Positions 49,471 through 60,493 of a stretch of 64,000 nucleotides of DNA are shown here, piece by piece (position 1 is the stretch's first letter; each line of letters opens with the position of its first letter). A program made the position numbers and the translations under genes. The DNA lies in the NCBI GenBank assembly GCA_018400015.1, contig JAGYNB010000001.1, positions 134,815 through 198,814 on the forward strand, in the 5' to 3' direction. Source of the DNA: Candidatus Omnitrophota bacterium. GTDB taxonomy: Bacteria > Omnitrophota > Gorgyraeia > Gygaellales > Gygaellaceae. The notes under the pieces are model-generated. The model worked only from the letters and a program-made list of their open reading frames with translations, was not told where the DNA came from and searched no databases.

Positions 49471-49508
49471 AACTTTTCACTTTAAAGAAATGGAGGAAGT
49501 TAAATAAT

Positions 49509-50378
49509 ATGGTTAACGAACTAATCAAGAAACTTTTGGAAGCAGGGGTTCATTTTGGTCACCAGACAAAGCGCTGGAATCCTAAGATGAAAAAGTTTAT
49601 TTTTGGCGAAAGAAGCGGTATATATATAATTGATCTTGAGAAAACTGCCGAATGTGTAGAAAAAGCAAGGGCGTTTCTGCAGGATTTGGCTTCTAAGGGC
49701 GAAAATATTCTTTTTGTAGGTACAAAAAAACAGGCCCAGCAGATAATTAAAGAAGAAGCGTTGCGCGCTTCGATGTTTTTTGTCCATCAGAGATGGCTCG
49801 GCGGATTATTGACTAATTTTCAAACAATTAATAAATCCATAAAGAGGCTCAAGGAAATTGAGAAGATGGAAGAAGACGGGACTTTCGAAAATCTCACCAA
49901 AAAGGAAGTTTTGATTTTAAAGAGAGAAAAGGAAAAATTAAATAAGAATTTAAGCGGTATTGTGAATATGGAGAAAATGCCTGCGGCAGTTTTTATTATT
50001 GATGCCAAAAATGAAGAGACTGCGGTTCAGGAAGCGAGAAAGCTTAATATCCCTATTGTTGCTTTGATTGATACTAATTGTAATCCAGACTTGATTGAGT
50101 ATCCTATACCTGGTAATGATGATGCAATGAAGGCGATAAAATTAGTTACTTCAATGATGGCTGATGCGATTATTGAGGGAAGAAAGAATTTCCTTTCGTA
50201 TCTGTCTCAGGAAGGCGTAAAGCGGCAGGAAGAAGAGGCTTTGGCAGCATCAATGGAAAATGAACTTGAAATTCCTGAAGAAGACATTGAAGAACTTGAT
50301 GAAAACGGCAAGAAAAAAAACAAAACAAAAGCAGGCGTTAAAAAGGCAAGACATGCTAAAGAAAAAGAAGATGATTAA
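49509..50378 (+). CDS. rpsB: 30S ribosomal protein S2
   Basis: [40 protein letters not shown]; acidic then basic C-terminal tail. Confidence 0.98.
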   Translation: MVNELIKKLLEAGVHFGHQTKRWNPKMKKFIFGERSGIYIIDLEKTAECVEKARAFLQDLASKGENILFVGTKKQAQQIIKEEALRASMFFVHQRWLGGLLTNFQTINKSIKRLKEIEKMEEDGTFENLTKKEVLILKREKEKLNKNLSGIVNMEKMPAAVFIIDAKNEETAVQEARKLNIPIVALIDTNCNPDLIEYPIPGNDDAMKAIKLVTSMMADAIIEGRKNFLSYLSQEGVKRQEEEALAASMENELEIPEEDIEELDENGKKKNKTKAGVKKARHAKEKEDD

Positions 50379-50411
50379 CAATTTACGAAAACGTTAAGGA
50401 GTGAAAGTATA

Positions 50412-50936
50412 ATGGAAGTTTCTTTGGATCAAATTAAACAGCTAAGGGAAAAGACCCAGGTAAGCATAAGCGATTGTAGAAATGCTTTGATTGATGCTAA
50501 TGGCGACATGAAAAAAGCAGAGGGTCTTTTGAAAGAAAAAATGAAGGAGATTGCTGCTAAGAAAACAGACAGGGTTACATCTCAGGGAAGAATCGCCTCC
50601 TATGTTCATTTTGACAGTAAAATTGGTGTTTTGGTGGAGGTTAATAGCGAAACAGATTTTGTCGCTAGAAATGAAGAGTTTTGTAAGTTTTCCCAGGATT
50701 TGGCACTTCATATAGCAGCTACGAATCCAGAATATATAAAAGAGGAAGATGTCCCTAAAGAAGTGTTGGATGCCGAAGAAGACAAAGATGCTTTTTTAAA
50801 AGCCAAATGTCTTTTGGAGCAGAATTTTGTCAAAGATCCTTCGTTGGTTATCAAGGATTATTTGACAAACATAATCGCTAAAACTGGCGAGAATGTTTCT
50901 ATAAGCAGGTTCGTGAGATATCAAATCGGAAAATAG
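50412..50936 (+). CDS. tsf: Elongation factor Ts (short form)
   Basis: IKQLREKT, VEVNSETDFVARN, ISRFVRY; between rpsB and pyrH. Confidence 0.95.
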   Translation: MEVSLDQIKQLREKTQVSISDCRNALIDANGDMKKAEGLLKEKMKEIAAKKTDRVTSQGRIASYVHFDSKIGVLVEVNSETDFVARNEEFCKFSQDLALHIAATNPEYIKEEDVPKEVLDAEEDKDAFLKAKCLLEQNFVKDPSLVIKDYLTNIIAKTGENVSISRFVRYQIGK

Positions 50937-50945
50937 TTTTAGATA

Positions 50946-51665
50946 ATGACAAAGAAACCCCAATATAAACGGGTTGTTTTAAAAATAAGCGGCGAGGCCC
51001 TTCAGGGCAGTTTAAAGCACGGTATTGATTTTAATTTTTGTGAAAAGCTAGCTTTAGAAATAAAAGAAGTTTGTACTCTTGGTATTCAGATTGCCTTGGT
51101 TGTCGGCGCAGGTAATATTTTCCGAGGGGCAGAGAATACCAGGCGTTTAGGCATGGATCGTTCCGTTGCTGATTATATGGGTATGATGGCAACGGTTATA
51201 AACGGTATGGCCTTACAGGATATTTTAGAGAAAGTTGGTGTTCCTACACGTGTTCAGACTTCTATTCAGATGCATGAGATTGCTGAGCCCTATATAAGGC
51301 GTAAGGCGATAAGACATTTAGAGAAGAAAAGGGTTGTTATTTTTGTTGCCGGAACTGGTAATCCCTATTTTACAACCGATACTGCAGCGGCCTTGAAAGC
51401 CATGGAGATAAATGCCGATATAATTTTAAAGGCGACAAAGGTTGATGGCGTATATTCGGCAGACCCCTTAAAGGTAAAGAACGCAAGAAAATACAAGACC
51501 CTAAAATATATAGATGTTCTAAAAAGAGGTCTTAAGGTAATGGATGCTACTGCGATAAGTTTATGCATGGATAATAAATTGCCGATTTTGGTCTTTAATC
51601 TTAATAAACACGGAAATATTAAAAAAGCCCTTCTTGCAAAAGATATCGGGACTGTTGTTAAGTAA
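50946..51665 (+). CDS. pyrH: UMP kinase
   Basis: [38 protein letters not shown]. Confidence 0.97.
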   Translation: MTKKPQYKRVVLKISGEALQGSLKHGIDFNFCEKLALEIKEVCTLGIQIALVVGAGNIFRGAENTRRLGMDRSVADYMGMMATVINGMALQDILEKVGVPTRVQTSIQMHEIAEPYIRRKAIRHLEKKRVVIFVAGTGNPYFTTDTAAALKAMEINADIILKATKVDGVYSADPLKVKNARKYKTLKYIDVLKRGLKVMDATAISLCMDNKLPILVFNLNKHGNIKKALLAKDIGTVVK

Positions 51666-51680
51666 AAAAGAGGTGAAATA

Positions 51681-52241
51681 ATGAGCGTAAAAGAAACTAT
51701 AAGAATAACCGAAGAAAATATGAAGAAGGCTATCACCTCGTGTACGAGAGAATTTAATACTGTTCGTACCGGTAGGGCTTCGCCATCATTGGTGGAAGGT
51801 TTGCATATTGATTATTACGGAACGCCGACGCTTTTAAAACAGTTGGCGAATATTTCAGTTCCTGATGCTCGTTTGATTGTTATTCAGCCCTGGGATCCTT
51901 CTGCTATTGTTGAAATTGAAAAGGCAATTTTTTCATCAAATTTAGGCATTACTCCTTCTAACGACGGCAAGGTTATCAGATTAGCTGTTCCTTCCCTGTC
52001 TGACGAAAGAAGAGAAGAGCTTGTAAAAGTCATAAAGCAGATGGCTGAAGAAACACGTGTTTCAATTCGCACGATAAGAAGAGATTCTAATGATGCGGTC
52101 AAGAAATTAGAATCCGATAAGATTATTTCTGAGGATGATAAGTTTAAAACTCAGGATCAGATTCAGAAACTTACTGATAAATATATCGCCGAAGTCGACA
52201 AGATTCTTGAGAATAAGGAAAAAGAGCTTAAGCAGTTTTAG
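51681..52241 (+). CDS. frr: Ribosome recycling factor
   Basis: RTGRA, YYG, QPWD, PSNDG, IRTIRRD, IQKLTD. Confidence 0.97.
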   Translation: MSVKETIRITEENMKKAITSCTREFNTVRTGRASPSLVEGLHIDYYGTPTLLKQLANISVPDARLIVIQPWDPSAIVEIEKAIFSSNLGITPSNDGKVIRLAVPSLSDERREELVKVIKQMAEETRVSIRTIRRDSNDAVKKLESDKIISEDDKFKTQDQIQKLTDKYIAEVDKILENKEKELKQF

Positions 52242-52257
52242 TTTGGTATTTATTTTT

Positions 52258-52330
52258 GGGCCACTAGCTCATCTGGTAGAGCACCACCCTTTTAAGGTGG
52301 CTGTGCCGCGTTCGAGTCGCGGGTGGCTCA
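52258..52330 (+). tRNA. tRNA-Lys(UUU), CCA not encoded
   Basis: Acceptor GGGCCAC/GTGGCTC, anticodon arm CCACC-CTTTTAA-GGTGG, T-arm CCGCG-TTCGAGT-CGCGG. Confidence 0.95.
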
Positions 52331-52348
52331 TTAAATTTTCTGCCTATA

Positions 52349-52430
52349 GGGCGGATGGCGGAATTGGCATACGCGGTAGCCTTAGGAGCTATTGGGGTAA
52401 CCCTTGGAGGTTCAAATCCTCTTCCGCCCA
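52349..52430 (+). tRNA. tRNA-Leu(UAG), CCA not encoded
   Basis: Acceptor GGGCGGA/TCCGCCC, anticodon loop CTTAGGA, long variable arm GGG-GTAA-CCC, T-loop TTCAAAT. Confidence 0.95.
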
Positions 52431-52456
52431 TATGTTTAAAATTGAGCGTATGTTTT

Positions 52457-52529
52457 GCGGGAGTAGCTCAGTTGGTAGAGCGCTACCTTGCCAAGGTAGT
52501 TGTCGCGGGTTCGAAGCCCGTCTCCCGCT
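52457..52529 (+). tRNA. tRNA-Gly(GCC), CCA not encoded
   Basis: Acceptor GCGGGAG/CTCCCGC, anticodon arm CTACC-TTGCCAA-GGTAG, U73 discriminator. Confidence 0.95.
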
Positions 52530-52568
52530 TTAAATTGATTAAATGATCATCAAACAAAAGGGGAACAG

Positions 52569-53039
52569 ATGAAGGTTACCGACTTTCTTTCTAAAAAAGC
52601 AATTTCCGCAGAATTAAAAAGCACAAAAAAAGAAGATGTAATAAAAGAGATGGTTGACTTGTTGATTTCAGCAGGGGAAATTGAAAAAAAACACCGCGCT
52701 AAATTGACAGAACTTTTAATGGCCAGAGAAGCTCTTGGTTCTACCGCTATCGGTCAGGGTGTGGCAATACCCCATGCGAAAATCGATTGCGTAAAACACT
52801 TGGTTGCCGCATTTGGATTATCGAAAAAAGGGGTTAATTTTGATTCTTTAGACGGAGAGCCGGCATACATTTTCTTTCTATTAGTTGCTCCTCAGGATTC
52901 AGCAGGCCCCCACCTTAAGGCTTTAGCAAGGATTTCAAGATTGTTAAAAGATAAATATTTTCGCGACAGCCTCAAACAGTCTAAGGATACAGCTTCTATT
53001 TTGAAAATCATCAATCAGGAAGATGACAAGAAGACTTAA
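52569..53039 (+). CDS. ptsN: PTS IIA(Ntr)-like protein
   Basis: REALGSTAIGQGVAIPHAK phospho-His motif, FDSLDG, HLKALARISR. Confidence 0.88.
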   Translation: MKVTDFLSKKAISAELKSTKKEDVIKEMVDLLISAGEIEKKHRAKLTELLMAREALGSTAIGQGVAIPHAKIDCVKHLVAAFGLSKKGVNFDSLDGEPAYIFFLLVAPQDSAGPHLKALARISRLLKDKYFRDSLKQSKDTASILKIINQEDDKKT

Positions 53040-54264
53040 GGTTCTTTATTTTTTTAGATGGCTTCAGCCGGGCTTAAGGGTTAAGCGTTGGGTTGCGCTT
53101 AGTCTTTGGGGCGTTTTTCTTACTCTTATCGGAGCTAATAGGCTGGCCACTGAAAAGATTGTTTTTTTAAAAATCCTAGAATATTTTGTTGTAGTTTTGG
53201 GTGTCGGTTTTTTATTTGTGGGTGTAGTTGAACTTATTTTGTCCATTCTTGCCTTATTTTTTCCAACTAAAAATAAGTCTGTTCATAAAATTGTAAAAAG
53301 AAGGTTATTAGAGAGAGGTCCTAAGATAGTTGCTATTGGTGGAGGTACGGGGCTTTCGGTATTGTTGCAGGGAATAAAAGAATATACCTCTAATATAAAG
53401 GCTGTAGTTACGGTTGCTGACGATGGTGGTTCTTCCGGAAGGCTAAGGGAACAATTTGACATTTTACCTCCGGGGGATATCAGAAACTGTCTTGTGGCTT
53501 TAGCCGATACAGAGCAACTGATGCGCGATTTGTTTCAGTTTAGATTCAAAGGCGATTCGGAGCTTGCCGGGCATAGTTTTGGCAATTTGTTTATTACTGT
53601 TATGACCCAGTTGACCGGAGATTTTGAAAAAGCAATAAAAGAATCAAGCAAAGTTTTAGCAATCAGAGGTCAGGTTGTTCCATCGACTTTATATAAAGTG
53701 AATCTGGGGGCTGAGTATAACGATGGTTCTATTGTTATTGGAGAGGCGGATATTCCTAAGAAAAAAGTTCCGATTAAGAGAGTATTTTTGAAATCTCAAC
53801 AGGATAGGCCGTTAGTTGCAACAGCAGAAGTTGTAAAATCTATTCATGAGGCAGATGCAATTATTTTAGGTCCGGGAAGTTTATATACCAGTATTATCCC
53901 TAATTTGCTTATTAGTGATATTGCCCAAGCGATAGCGAATTCGAACGCAAAGAAATTTTATGTTTGTAATGCGATGACGCAGCCAGGAGAAACTACACAG
54001 TTTTCAGTATCAGACCATATCAAGACGCTTATCGCACACAGCAATAGAAATATTCTGGATTATTGTGTAGTTAATAATAAGATTATTCCTCAAGAGCTAC
54101 TCAATAAATATGAGCATGAAGGGTCGCGTCCAGTTACTATTGACAGAGATAATATAAGGGCTATGGGGTATAAGTTATTAGAGTATGATTTAATAGCCGT
54201 TGATGGTTTTGTAAGGCATGATTTTAGGAAATTAGCCAGACTGTTAATGAAATTTATAAAATAA
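53023..54264 (+). CDS. YvcK/CuvA-family UDP-sugar-binding gluconeogenesis factor with N-terminal TM segments
   Basis: GGGTGLS, DDGGSSGRLR, PPGDIRNC, GHSFGNL, GPGSLYTS, TQPGET. Confidence 0.92.
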   Translation: MTRRLKVLYFFRWLQPGLRVKRWVALSLWGVFLTLIGANRLATEKIVFLKILEYFVVVLGVGFLFVGVVELILSILALFFPTKNKSVHKIVKRRLLERGPKIVAIGGGTGLSVLLQGIKEYTSNIKAVVTVADDGGSSGRLREQFDILPPGDIRNCLVALADTEQLMRDLFQFRFKGDSELAGHSFGNLFITVMTQLTGDFEKAIKESSKVLAIRGQVVPSTLYKVNLGAEYNDGSIVIGEADIPKKKVPIKRVFLKSQQDRPLVATAEVVKSIHEADAIILGPGSLYTSIIPNLLISDIAQAIANSNAKKFYVCNAMTQPGETTQFSVSDHIKTLIAHSNRNILDYCVVNNKIIPQELLNKYEHEGSRPVTIDRDNIRAMGYKLLEYDLIAVDGFVRHDFRKLARLLMKFIK

Positions 54265-54268
54265 GTTT

Positions 54269-54532
54269 ATGCCAAGAATAAAAAAAGAAATTATTGTAAA
54301 GAATAAACAAGGTTTGCATGCGAGGCCGGCTGCGCTATTCGTGCAGATTGCCAATAAGTATGAGGCAGAGATATCGGTAAAAAAAGAAGACGAAGAGGTA
54401 AATGGTAAGTCGATTATGGGTATACTTTTATTGGGTGCGGAAAAAGACAGCAAGATATTGATTATAGCCGATGGCGTTGATGCAAACGAGGCAATAGTAG
54501 AATTAGAAAGTTTGATAACCAAAGAAGAATAA
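54269..54532 (+). CDS. ptsH: Phosphocarrier protein HPr
   Basis: GLHARPAA (His15 site) and NGKSIMG (Ser46 site). Confidence 0.95.
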   Translation: MPRIKKEIIVKNKQGLHARPAALFVQIANKYEAEISVKKEDEEVNGKSIMGILLLGAEKDSKILIIADGVDANEAIVELESLITKEE

Positions 54533-54536
54533 CGAT

Positions 54537-56276
54537 ATGGAAAAACTAAAAGGGATACCGGCAGCACCGGGAATCAGTATTGGATCTGCGCATTTAGTGG
54601 GAAAAGAGGAGTTTAATGTTGCTCCTTATAAAATAAGATTACAGGATGTTCCTGTCCAAATTCAGCTATTTGAAGATGCTTTAATAAAGACAAGAAAAGA
54701 AATCGTTGAGTTGCAGAAAAAGATTTCTAAGGATTTAGGTAGAGACGAGGCTGAGATTTTTGATGCCCACCTGCTTGTATTAGAAGATAGAATTCTGATT
54801 GAGGAAGTAATACTGCAGCTTAAGAAAGAACATTTCAATGTTGCGTATATTTTTCAGGAAGTTATTAAAAAATATATTCGTGTTTTTTCGCGTATTGAGG
54901 ACGAATATTTAAAAGAAAGGATATCCGATATTAACGATGTCGGCCGGCGCGTTATCAGAAATCTTTTGGGCGAAAAAGGTATCTCTGTGCAGAACAAAAA
55001 AGAGCAATTTATTGTTGTAGCGCATGATTTATCTCCATCTGATACAGCCGCAATGCATAAAAACAAGATTTTGGGTTTTATAACCGATATTGGCAGTAAA
55101 ACATCGCATACGGCAATTATGGCCAAATCGCTGGAGATTCCTTCTGTTGTGGGTTTAGAGATTGCTACATCAAAAATAAAAAACGACGATCAGTTAATTA
55201 TTGATGGTTTTTCAGGGCTTGTAATATTAAATCCCGATAAGGATACTTTAAAAATTTACAAAAAGAAAGAAGAGCAGGTTAAAAAGATAACTAAAAAGTT
55301 TATTTCTTTGAAGTCTTTGCCTGCAAAAACTACAGATGATAAACGGGTTAGGGTTATGGCGAATATTGAGCTTCCGGAAGATATTCCTTCTGTTGTTCAG
55401 CATGGGGCCGAAGGTATAGGCCTTTACAGAACGGAATACTTTTATATGAACAGGACTACACTTCCGACTGAAAACGAACAGTTTGAAGCTTACAAGTTTG
55501 TCGCTCAAGCAATAAGTCCTCATCCGATTGTTATAAGAACGTTGGATTTAGGAGGAGACAAGTTTTTGTCTCATTTGGAGGTCCCCAGAGAAATGTCTCC
55601 GTTTTTGGGATGGCGTGCAATACGCTTTTGCCTTGCTCAGCCGGATATGTTTAAGGCGCAATTAAGGGCAATTCTTAGAGCGTCTAAATTCGGTAAATTA
55701 AAGCTTATGTATCCGATGATCTCTGGAGTTGATGAGTTAAGACAGGCAAATAAGATGCTTTCAGAATGTAAAGCGGAATTAAGGAAAAAACATGTTGATT
55801 TTGATGAGGAGTTAGAAGTTGGGGTAATGATTGAAGTTCCTTCTGCTGCTATGACAGCAGATTTGCTGGCTAAAGAAGCAGATTTTTTCAGTATTGGAAC
55901 AAATGATCTCATCCAGTATTCCTTAGCAGTTGACAGAACCAATGAAAAAGTTGCCTATCTTTATGAGCCGGCACATCCAGCGGTTTTAAGGATGATTAAA
56001 AAAGTAATTGATGATGGGCATAATGCTGGCATTTGGGTTGGTATGTGTGGTGAGATGGCAGGAGATCCTTGTTTTTCACTTTTATTGCTGGGATTGGGTT
56101 TGGATGAATTTAGTATGCCTCCTGCAGTAGTGCCGCAGATAAAGCAGGTTGTGAGGACTTTTAGTTTTGCTGATGCGCAGAATATAGCTATAGGAGCGAT
56201 GAAACTTTCCACGGCAAAAGAGGTGGAAGAATTTACTAAGAAGTTTATTGAAAAGACGGAATTTCAGATTCTTTAA
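54537..56276 (+). CDS. ptsI: PEP-protein phosphotransferase (PTS enzyme I)
   Basis: TSHTAI, GIGLYRTE, RTLDLGGDK, MIEVP, SIGTNDL, GMCGEMAG. Confidence 0.96.
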   Translation: MEKLKGIPAAPGISIGSAHLVGKEEFNVAPYKIRLQDVPVQIQLFEDALIKTRKEIVELQKKISKDLGRDEAEIFDAHLLVLEDRILIEEVILQLKKEHFNVAYIFQEVIKKYIRVFSRIEDEYLKERISDINDVGRRVIRNLLGEKGISVQNKKEQFIVVAHDLSPSDTAAMHKNKILGFITDIGSKTSHTAIMAKSLEIPSVVGLEIATSKIKNDDQLIIDGFSGLVILNPDKDTLKIYKKKEEQVKKITKKFISLKSLPAKTTDDKRVRVMANIELPEDIPSVVQHGAEGIGLYRTEYFYMNRTTLPTENEQFEAYKFVAQAISPHPIVIRTLDLGGDKFLSHLEVPREMSPFLGWRAIRFCLAQPDMFKAQLRAILRASKFGKLKLMYPMISGVDELRQANKMLSECKAELRKKHVDFDEELEVGVMIEVPSAAMTADLLAKEADFFSIGTNDLIQYSLAVDRTNEKVAYLYEPAHPAVLRMIKKVIDDGHNAGIWVGMCGEMAGDPCFSLLLLGLGLDEFSMPPAVVPQIKQVVRTFSFADAQNIAIGAMKLSTAKEVEEFTKKFIEKTEFQIL

Positions 56277-57035
56277 ATGAAAGCATTATTGCTCGCTGCT
56301 GGTTACGGTACAAGGCTTTATCCTTTGACGGAAAAAATTCCTAAGCCTCTTCTTCCGGTTGCCGGAAGACCGATAATCGATTATTTAGTTGAGCAGATTT
56401 ATAAAGCGGATCATATAAATGAATTATTTGTTGTGTCTAATGATAAATTTTTCGATGATTTTCGCATCTGGCAGAGCAGCGCAAGAAAAAAACACAGGGG
56501 TTTAAAAATCTCCATTGTCAATGACGGTACAAAGTCTCCCGCAGAGCGCCTGGGTGCTATTGGTGATGTGCGGTTTGTAATTGACAAGAAGAAAATAAAA
56601 GATGATCTTTTGATTGTGGGAGGAGATAACATCTTTGATTATAATTTAAAGAAGTTCATTTTAAAAGCAAAACAAAAAAGATCTATCAGTCTTGGCGTGC
56701 ATGATGTTGGGGAAAAGAAGATTGCTGTTCACTATGGGGTGGTAAGTTTTAACGCTAAGAAAGTTTTGAGTGAGTTTCAGGAAAAGCCAAAACGGCCCAA
56801 GACCACATTGGCTGCAATGTGTCTTTATTATTTTCCTAAAGAAAAATTAAAAGATATCACTTTATACCTTAATCAACCTCATGACCGTAAAGACGCAATC
56901 GGTGATTACTTTAACTGGTTGCATCAAATTGAAGATATTTACGTTTATGAGTTCAAAGGAAAGTGGTTTGATGTGGGAAACCACGATTCATATAATCGAG
57001 CAGAAAAGTATTTTAGGGAAAAATATAAATCATAG
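56277..57035 (+). CDS. Sugar-1-phosphate nucleotidyltransferase family protein
   Basis: LLAAGYGTRLYPLT..IPKPLL, GGDN, FQEKP, WFDVG. Confidence 0.88.
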   Translation: MKALLLAAGYGTRLYPLTEKIPKPLLPVAGRPIIDYLVEQIYKADHINELFVVSNDKFFDDFRIWQSSARKKHRGLKISIVNDGTKSPAERLGAIGDVRFVIDKKKIKDDLLIVGGDNIFDYNLKKFILKAKQKRSISLGVHDVGEKKIAVHYGVVSFNAKKVLSEFQEKPKRPKTTLAAMCLYYFPKEKLKDITLYLNQPHDRKDAIGDYFNWLHQIEDIYVYEFKGKWFDVGNHDSYNRAEKYFREKYKS

Positions 57036-57051
57036 TTAACAAGGAGAAGGT

Positions 57052-58221
57052 ATGACGTACAAAAAACATTTTTTTACATCTGAGTCAGTAGGGGAAGGGC
57101 ATCCGGATAAGGTTTGCGATCAGATTTCCGATGCAGTGTTAGATGAAGTTTTAAAAAATGACCCTTATGGTCGTGTTGCCTGTGAAACTTACGTTACCAT
57201 GGGACTATTGATTGTCGGAGGAGAAATTACCACTACAACTTATATAGATGTTCATAAAATTACCAGGGAACTATTAAAGAAAATCGGTTACAACCATCCT
57301 AAATACGGTTTTGATTACCATACCTGCGCGATAGTCAATACCATACACACCCAGTCTCCTGATATCGCTCAAGGCGTGGATAAAGGCGGTGCTGGTGACC
57401 AGGGGCTTATGGTTGGCTATGCCTGTCGTGAGACAGAAGAGCTTATGCCGCTTGCGATAATGCTTTCGCATAAGCTGGTAAAAAAAGTTGCCGATGTAAG
57501 AAGAAGCGGAGTTTTGAAATACTTAGGGCCGGATTGTAAGTCTCAGGTTACGGTAGAATATCATGATGGTAAGCCAAAGCGCGTTGATTCTGTTGTTTTG
57601 GCCTGTCAGCATACAACTGAAATTCTTGATTCTACTAAAGAACAAATAACGAAAAAGGCAAAACGGGAGATAATCGAACATATCGCAAAACCAATAGTAA
57701 AAGATTATGTGGATAAAAATACCAAGTATTATATAAATGAGACTGGAAAATTCGTTGTCGGTGGTCCGCAGTCAGATACGGGTATGACCGGGAGGAAAAT
57801 AGTGGTTGATACTTATGGAGGTTCAGCTGCTCCTGGTGGTGGAGCTTTTTCCGGAAAAGATCCGACCAAGGTAGACAGGTCAGCCGCTTACATGGCTAGA
57901 TACATTGCCAAAAATCTGGTTGCCGCTCACTTAGCAGATAAGTGTCTTGTACAGCTTGCCTATGTAATAGGTAAAGCAGAGCCATTATCAGTCATGATTG
58001 ATACTTATGGGACAAGCAAACTAAGCGAAGAAAAGCTGGTAAAGCTGGTAAGGGATAATTTTGAACTCACGCCCAAGGGTATGATAAAGTCTCTTAATTT
58101 GCTTCGCCCGATTTATGAGAAGACTGCCTGCTATGGTCATTTCGGCAGGACAGAACCGGAGTTCAGCTGGGAAAATACGAATAAGGCAAGCACATTAAGA
58201 AAACAGGCGTCTAAATTATAA
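57052..58221 (+). CDS. metK: S-adenosylmethionine synthase
   Basis: [41 protein letters not shown]. Confidence 0.98.
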   Translation: MTYKKHFFTSESVGEGHPDKVCDQISDAVLDEVLKNDPYGRVACETYVTMGLLIVGGEITTTTYIDVHKITRELLKKIGYNHPKYGFDYHTCAIVNTIHTQSPDIAQGVDKGGAGDQGLMVGYACRETEELMPLAIMLSHKLVKKVADVRRSGVLKYLGPDCKSQVTVEYHDGKPKRVDSVVLACQHTTEILDSTKEQITKKAKREIIEHIAKPIVKDYVDKNTKYYINETGKFVVGGPQSDTGMTGRKIVVDTYGGSAAPGGGAFSGKDPTKVDRSAAYMARYIAKNLVAAHLADKCLVQLAYVIGKAEPLSVMIDTYGTSKLSEEKLVKLVRDNFELTPKGMIKSLNLLRPIYEKTACYGHFGRTEPEFSWENTNKASTLRKQASKL

Positions 58222-58247
58222 ATAAACGAACAAGGAGAAGACCTAAG

Positions 58248-59504
58248 ATGAATTTTGACATAAAAGATATATCTTTAGCTAAGAAGGGGAAATTGCGTAT
58301 TGAATGGGCAAGCAATAATATGCCTGTGTTGGCTTTGATAAGAAAGCGTTTTGCAAAAGAAAAACCTTTAAAAGGTATAAAGCTTGCAGCGTGTCTACAC
58401 GTTACTACAGAGACCGGTGTTTTAGCGCAAACTTTAAAAGCAGGCGGGGCGCAAGTTTTTGTTTGTGCATCGAACCCGTTATCCACTCAAGATGATGTGG
58501 CTGCCAGTCTTGTAAAGGACGATAAAATTCCTGTGTTTTCGATTAAAGGCGAAGATACAAAAACTTATTATAGCCATATAAAATCAGTATTGGAAGTAAA
58601 GCCTGATATAACCATGGATGACGGCGCGGATTTAGTCAGTGTTGTCCATAAAAAAGATGAAAAAGTCCACGCCAATATTATGGGCGGCACAGAAGAAACT
58701 ACAACAGGTGTAATAAGATTACGTGCGTTAGCTAAAGAAAACAGGCTGCGTTATCCGATTGTTGCAGTAAATGACGCGTTGACCAAGCATTTGTTTGATA
58801 ACCGCTACGGTACGGGTCAGTCAACTATGGATGGTATAGTGAGAGCAACCAATAAACTAATTGCAGGCACAAAAGTAGTTGTCTGCGGTTATGGCTGGTG
58901 CGGTAGAGGTGTTGCGTTAAGAGCTAAAGGCATGGCAGCGCATGTAATTGTCGCTGAAGTTGATCCTTTAAGGGCCTTAGAAGCTACTATGGACGGGTAT
59001 GAAGTAATGAGTTTAAAAAAAGCTGCTCGCATAGGAGATATTTTTATTACTGTTACAGGCGATGCCAGCGTTATTAGAAAAGAGCATTTTAGTCTGATGA
59101 AAGACGGCGCAATTGTTGCCAATGCAGGGCATTTTAATGTGGAAATTGATATTCCCGCGCTTGGTAAGATGACTAAAACCAAAAGAATGATCAGGGACTT
59201 TGTCATGGAGTATAATCTAAAAGACAAACGCCGTATATATATTTTAGGCGAAGGCAGGCTTATTAATTTAGCAGCAGCTGAAGGGCATCCGGCACAGGTT
59301 ATGGATATGTCTTTTGCCAACCAGGCTCTTGGAGCCGAATATATTTTAAAAAACCATAAAAAAATGAAACAGTCGGTTTATAAGGTACCTGAAGCGATTG
59401 ACAGTAGAATTGCTTTTTTAAAGCTGAGATCTATGGGGATTAATATAGATACTTTAACTAAAGAACAGAAGAAATACCTTTCCAGTTGGGAGATTGGAAC
59501 ATAA
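58248..59504 (+). CDS. ahcY: Adenosylhomocysteinase
   Basis: [47 protein letters not shown]. Confidence 0.97.
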   Translation: MNFDIKDISLAKKGKLRIEWASNNMPVLALIRKRFAKEKPLKGIKLAACLHVTTETGVLAQTLKAGGAQVFVCASNPLSTQDDVAASLVKDDKIPVFSIKGEDTKTYYSHIKSVLEVKPDITMDDGADLVSVVHKKDEKVHANIMGGTEETTTGVIRLRALAKENRLRYPIVAVNDALTKHLFDNRYGTGQSTMDGIVRATNKLIAGTKVVVCGYGWCGRGVALRAKGMAAHVIVAEVDPLRALEATMDGYEVMSLKKAARIGDIFITVTGDASVIRKEHFSLMKDGAIVANAGHFNVEIDIPALGKMTKTKRMIRDFVMEYNLKDKRRIYILGEGRLINLAAAEGHPAQVMDMSFANQALGAEYILKNHKKMKQSVYKVPEAIDSRIAFLKLRSMGINIDTLTKEQKKYLSSWEIGT

Positions 59505-60470
59505 ATGTCGATAAAAAAAATTGCAGTTTTAACTTCCGGTGGAGACGCTCCGGGTATGAATGCTGCTATAAGGGCAGTGGTGCGTTTTGCAGAACATAGT
59601 AAAATTCAGGTTATGGGCGTTTTCCGTGGCTATGAAGGATTGATTCAGGAAGATTTAAAGCTGTTAAACCACAGGTCTGTTTCCAATATCATTAATCGCG
59701 GCGGGACAATTCTTAAGACCGCAAGAAGCGAAGAGTTTTTAACTGAAGATGGTCAGAAAAAAGCAGTCAAGGTTATAAAGGAAAATAATATTGAAGGACT
59801 TGTTTTAATTGGCGGTAACGGTACTTATCGTGGAGCGATAGAATTAAGCAAGCGATGGAATATTCCTTGTATTGGCGTACCAGGTACAATAGACAATGAT
59901 ATAAACGGTACAGATTCAACTATTGGTTCAGATACGGCAGTAAATACCGCGCTCGAAGCAATAGATAAAATCCGTGATACGGCAACGAGCATGGAAAGAA
60001 TTTTTGTGGTTGAGGTGATGGGAAGAGATTCCGGTTTTATCGCTCTTAGTTCAGCCTTAGGCGGCGGTGCAGAAGAAGTAGCTTTGCCGGAAGCGGAATT
60101 TGATTTAGATGATATGTATCAGGAGATCGTTGAGGGTAATATTCGGGGTAAAATCAGTTGGATTGTTGTTGTTGCCGAAGGTGCAGGTAAAGCGCAAGAT
60201 ATTGCAAAAAAGATTACAGATGTTACCGGTCTTGAGGTTAGAGTTGTTGTTTTAGGCCATGTCCAGCGCGGCGGTATTCCTACTGCGCGCGATAGAATTC
60301 TGGCAACACGACTAGGAGTAAAGGCAGTTGAACTTTTGATGCAGGGAGAGGGATCAAAGGCAGTTGGCGTTATATCAAACGAAATAAATATTGTTGATTT
60401 GGAATTTGCAATAACGAAAAAAGAAATAAATATCGAGAGTTTGTATAAACTTGTAAAGATTGTAACTTAA
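59505..60470 (+). CDS. pfkA: ATP-dependent 6-phosphofructokinase
   Basis: TSGGDAPGMN, GGNGT, PGTIDND, VEVMGR, LGHVQRGG. Confidence 0.96.
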   Translation: MSIKKIAVLTSGGDAPGMNAAIRAVVRFAEHSKIQVMGVFRGYEGLIQEDLKLLNHRSVSNIINRGGTILKTARSEEFLTEDGQKKAVKVIKENNIEGLVLIGGNGTYRGAIELSKRWNIPCIGVPGTIDNDINGTDSTIGSDTAVNTALEAIDKIRDTATSMERIFVVEVMGRDSGFIALSSALGGGAEEVALPEAEFDLDDMYQEIVEGNIRGKISWIVVVAEGAGKAQDIAKKITDVTGLEVRVVVLGHVQRGGIPTARDRILATRLGVKAVELLMQGEGSKAVGVISNEINIVDLEFAITKKEINIESLYKLVKIVT

Positions 60471-60493
60471 ACTTATGAAAGGAGTGTTGTCTT

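Noticed and set aside
52135-52546. ORFs of 132 and 63 aa after frr
   Set aside because: They overlap three clear tRNA genes
52258-52568. tRNA cluster as an integration site
   Set aside because: No integrase, no duplicated tRNA 3' end, housekeeping genes on both sides
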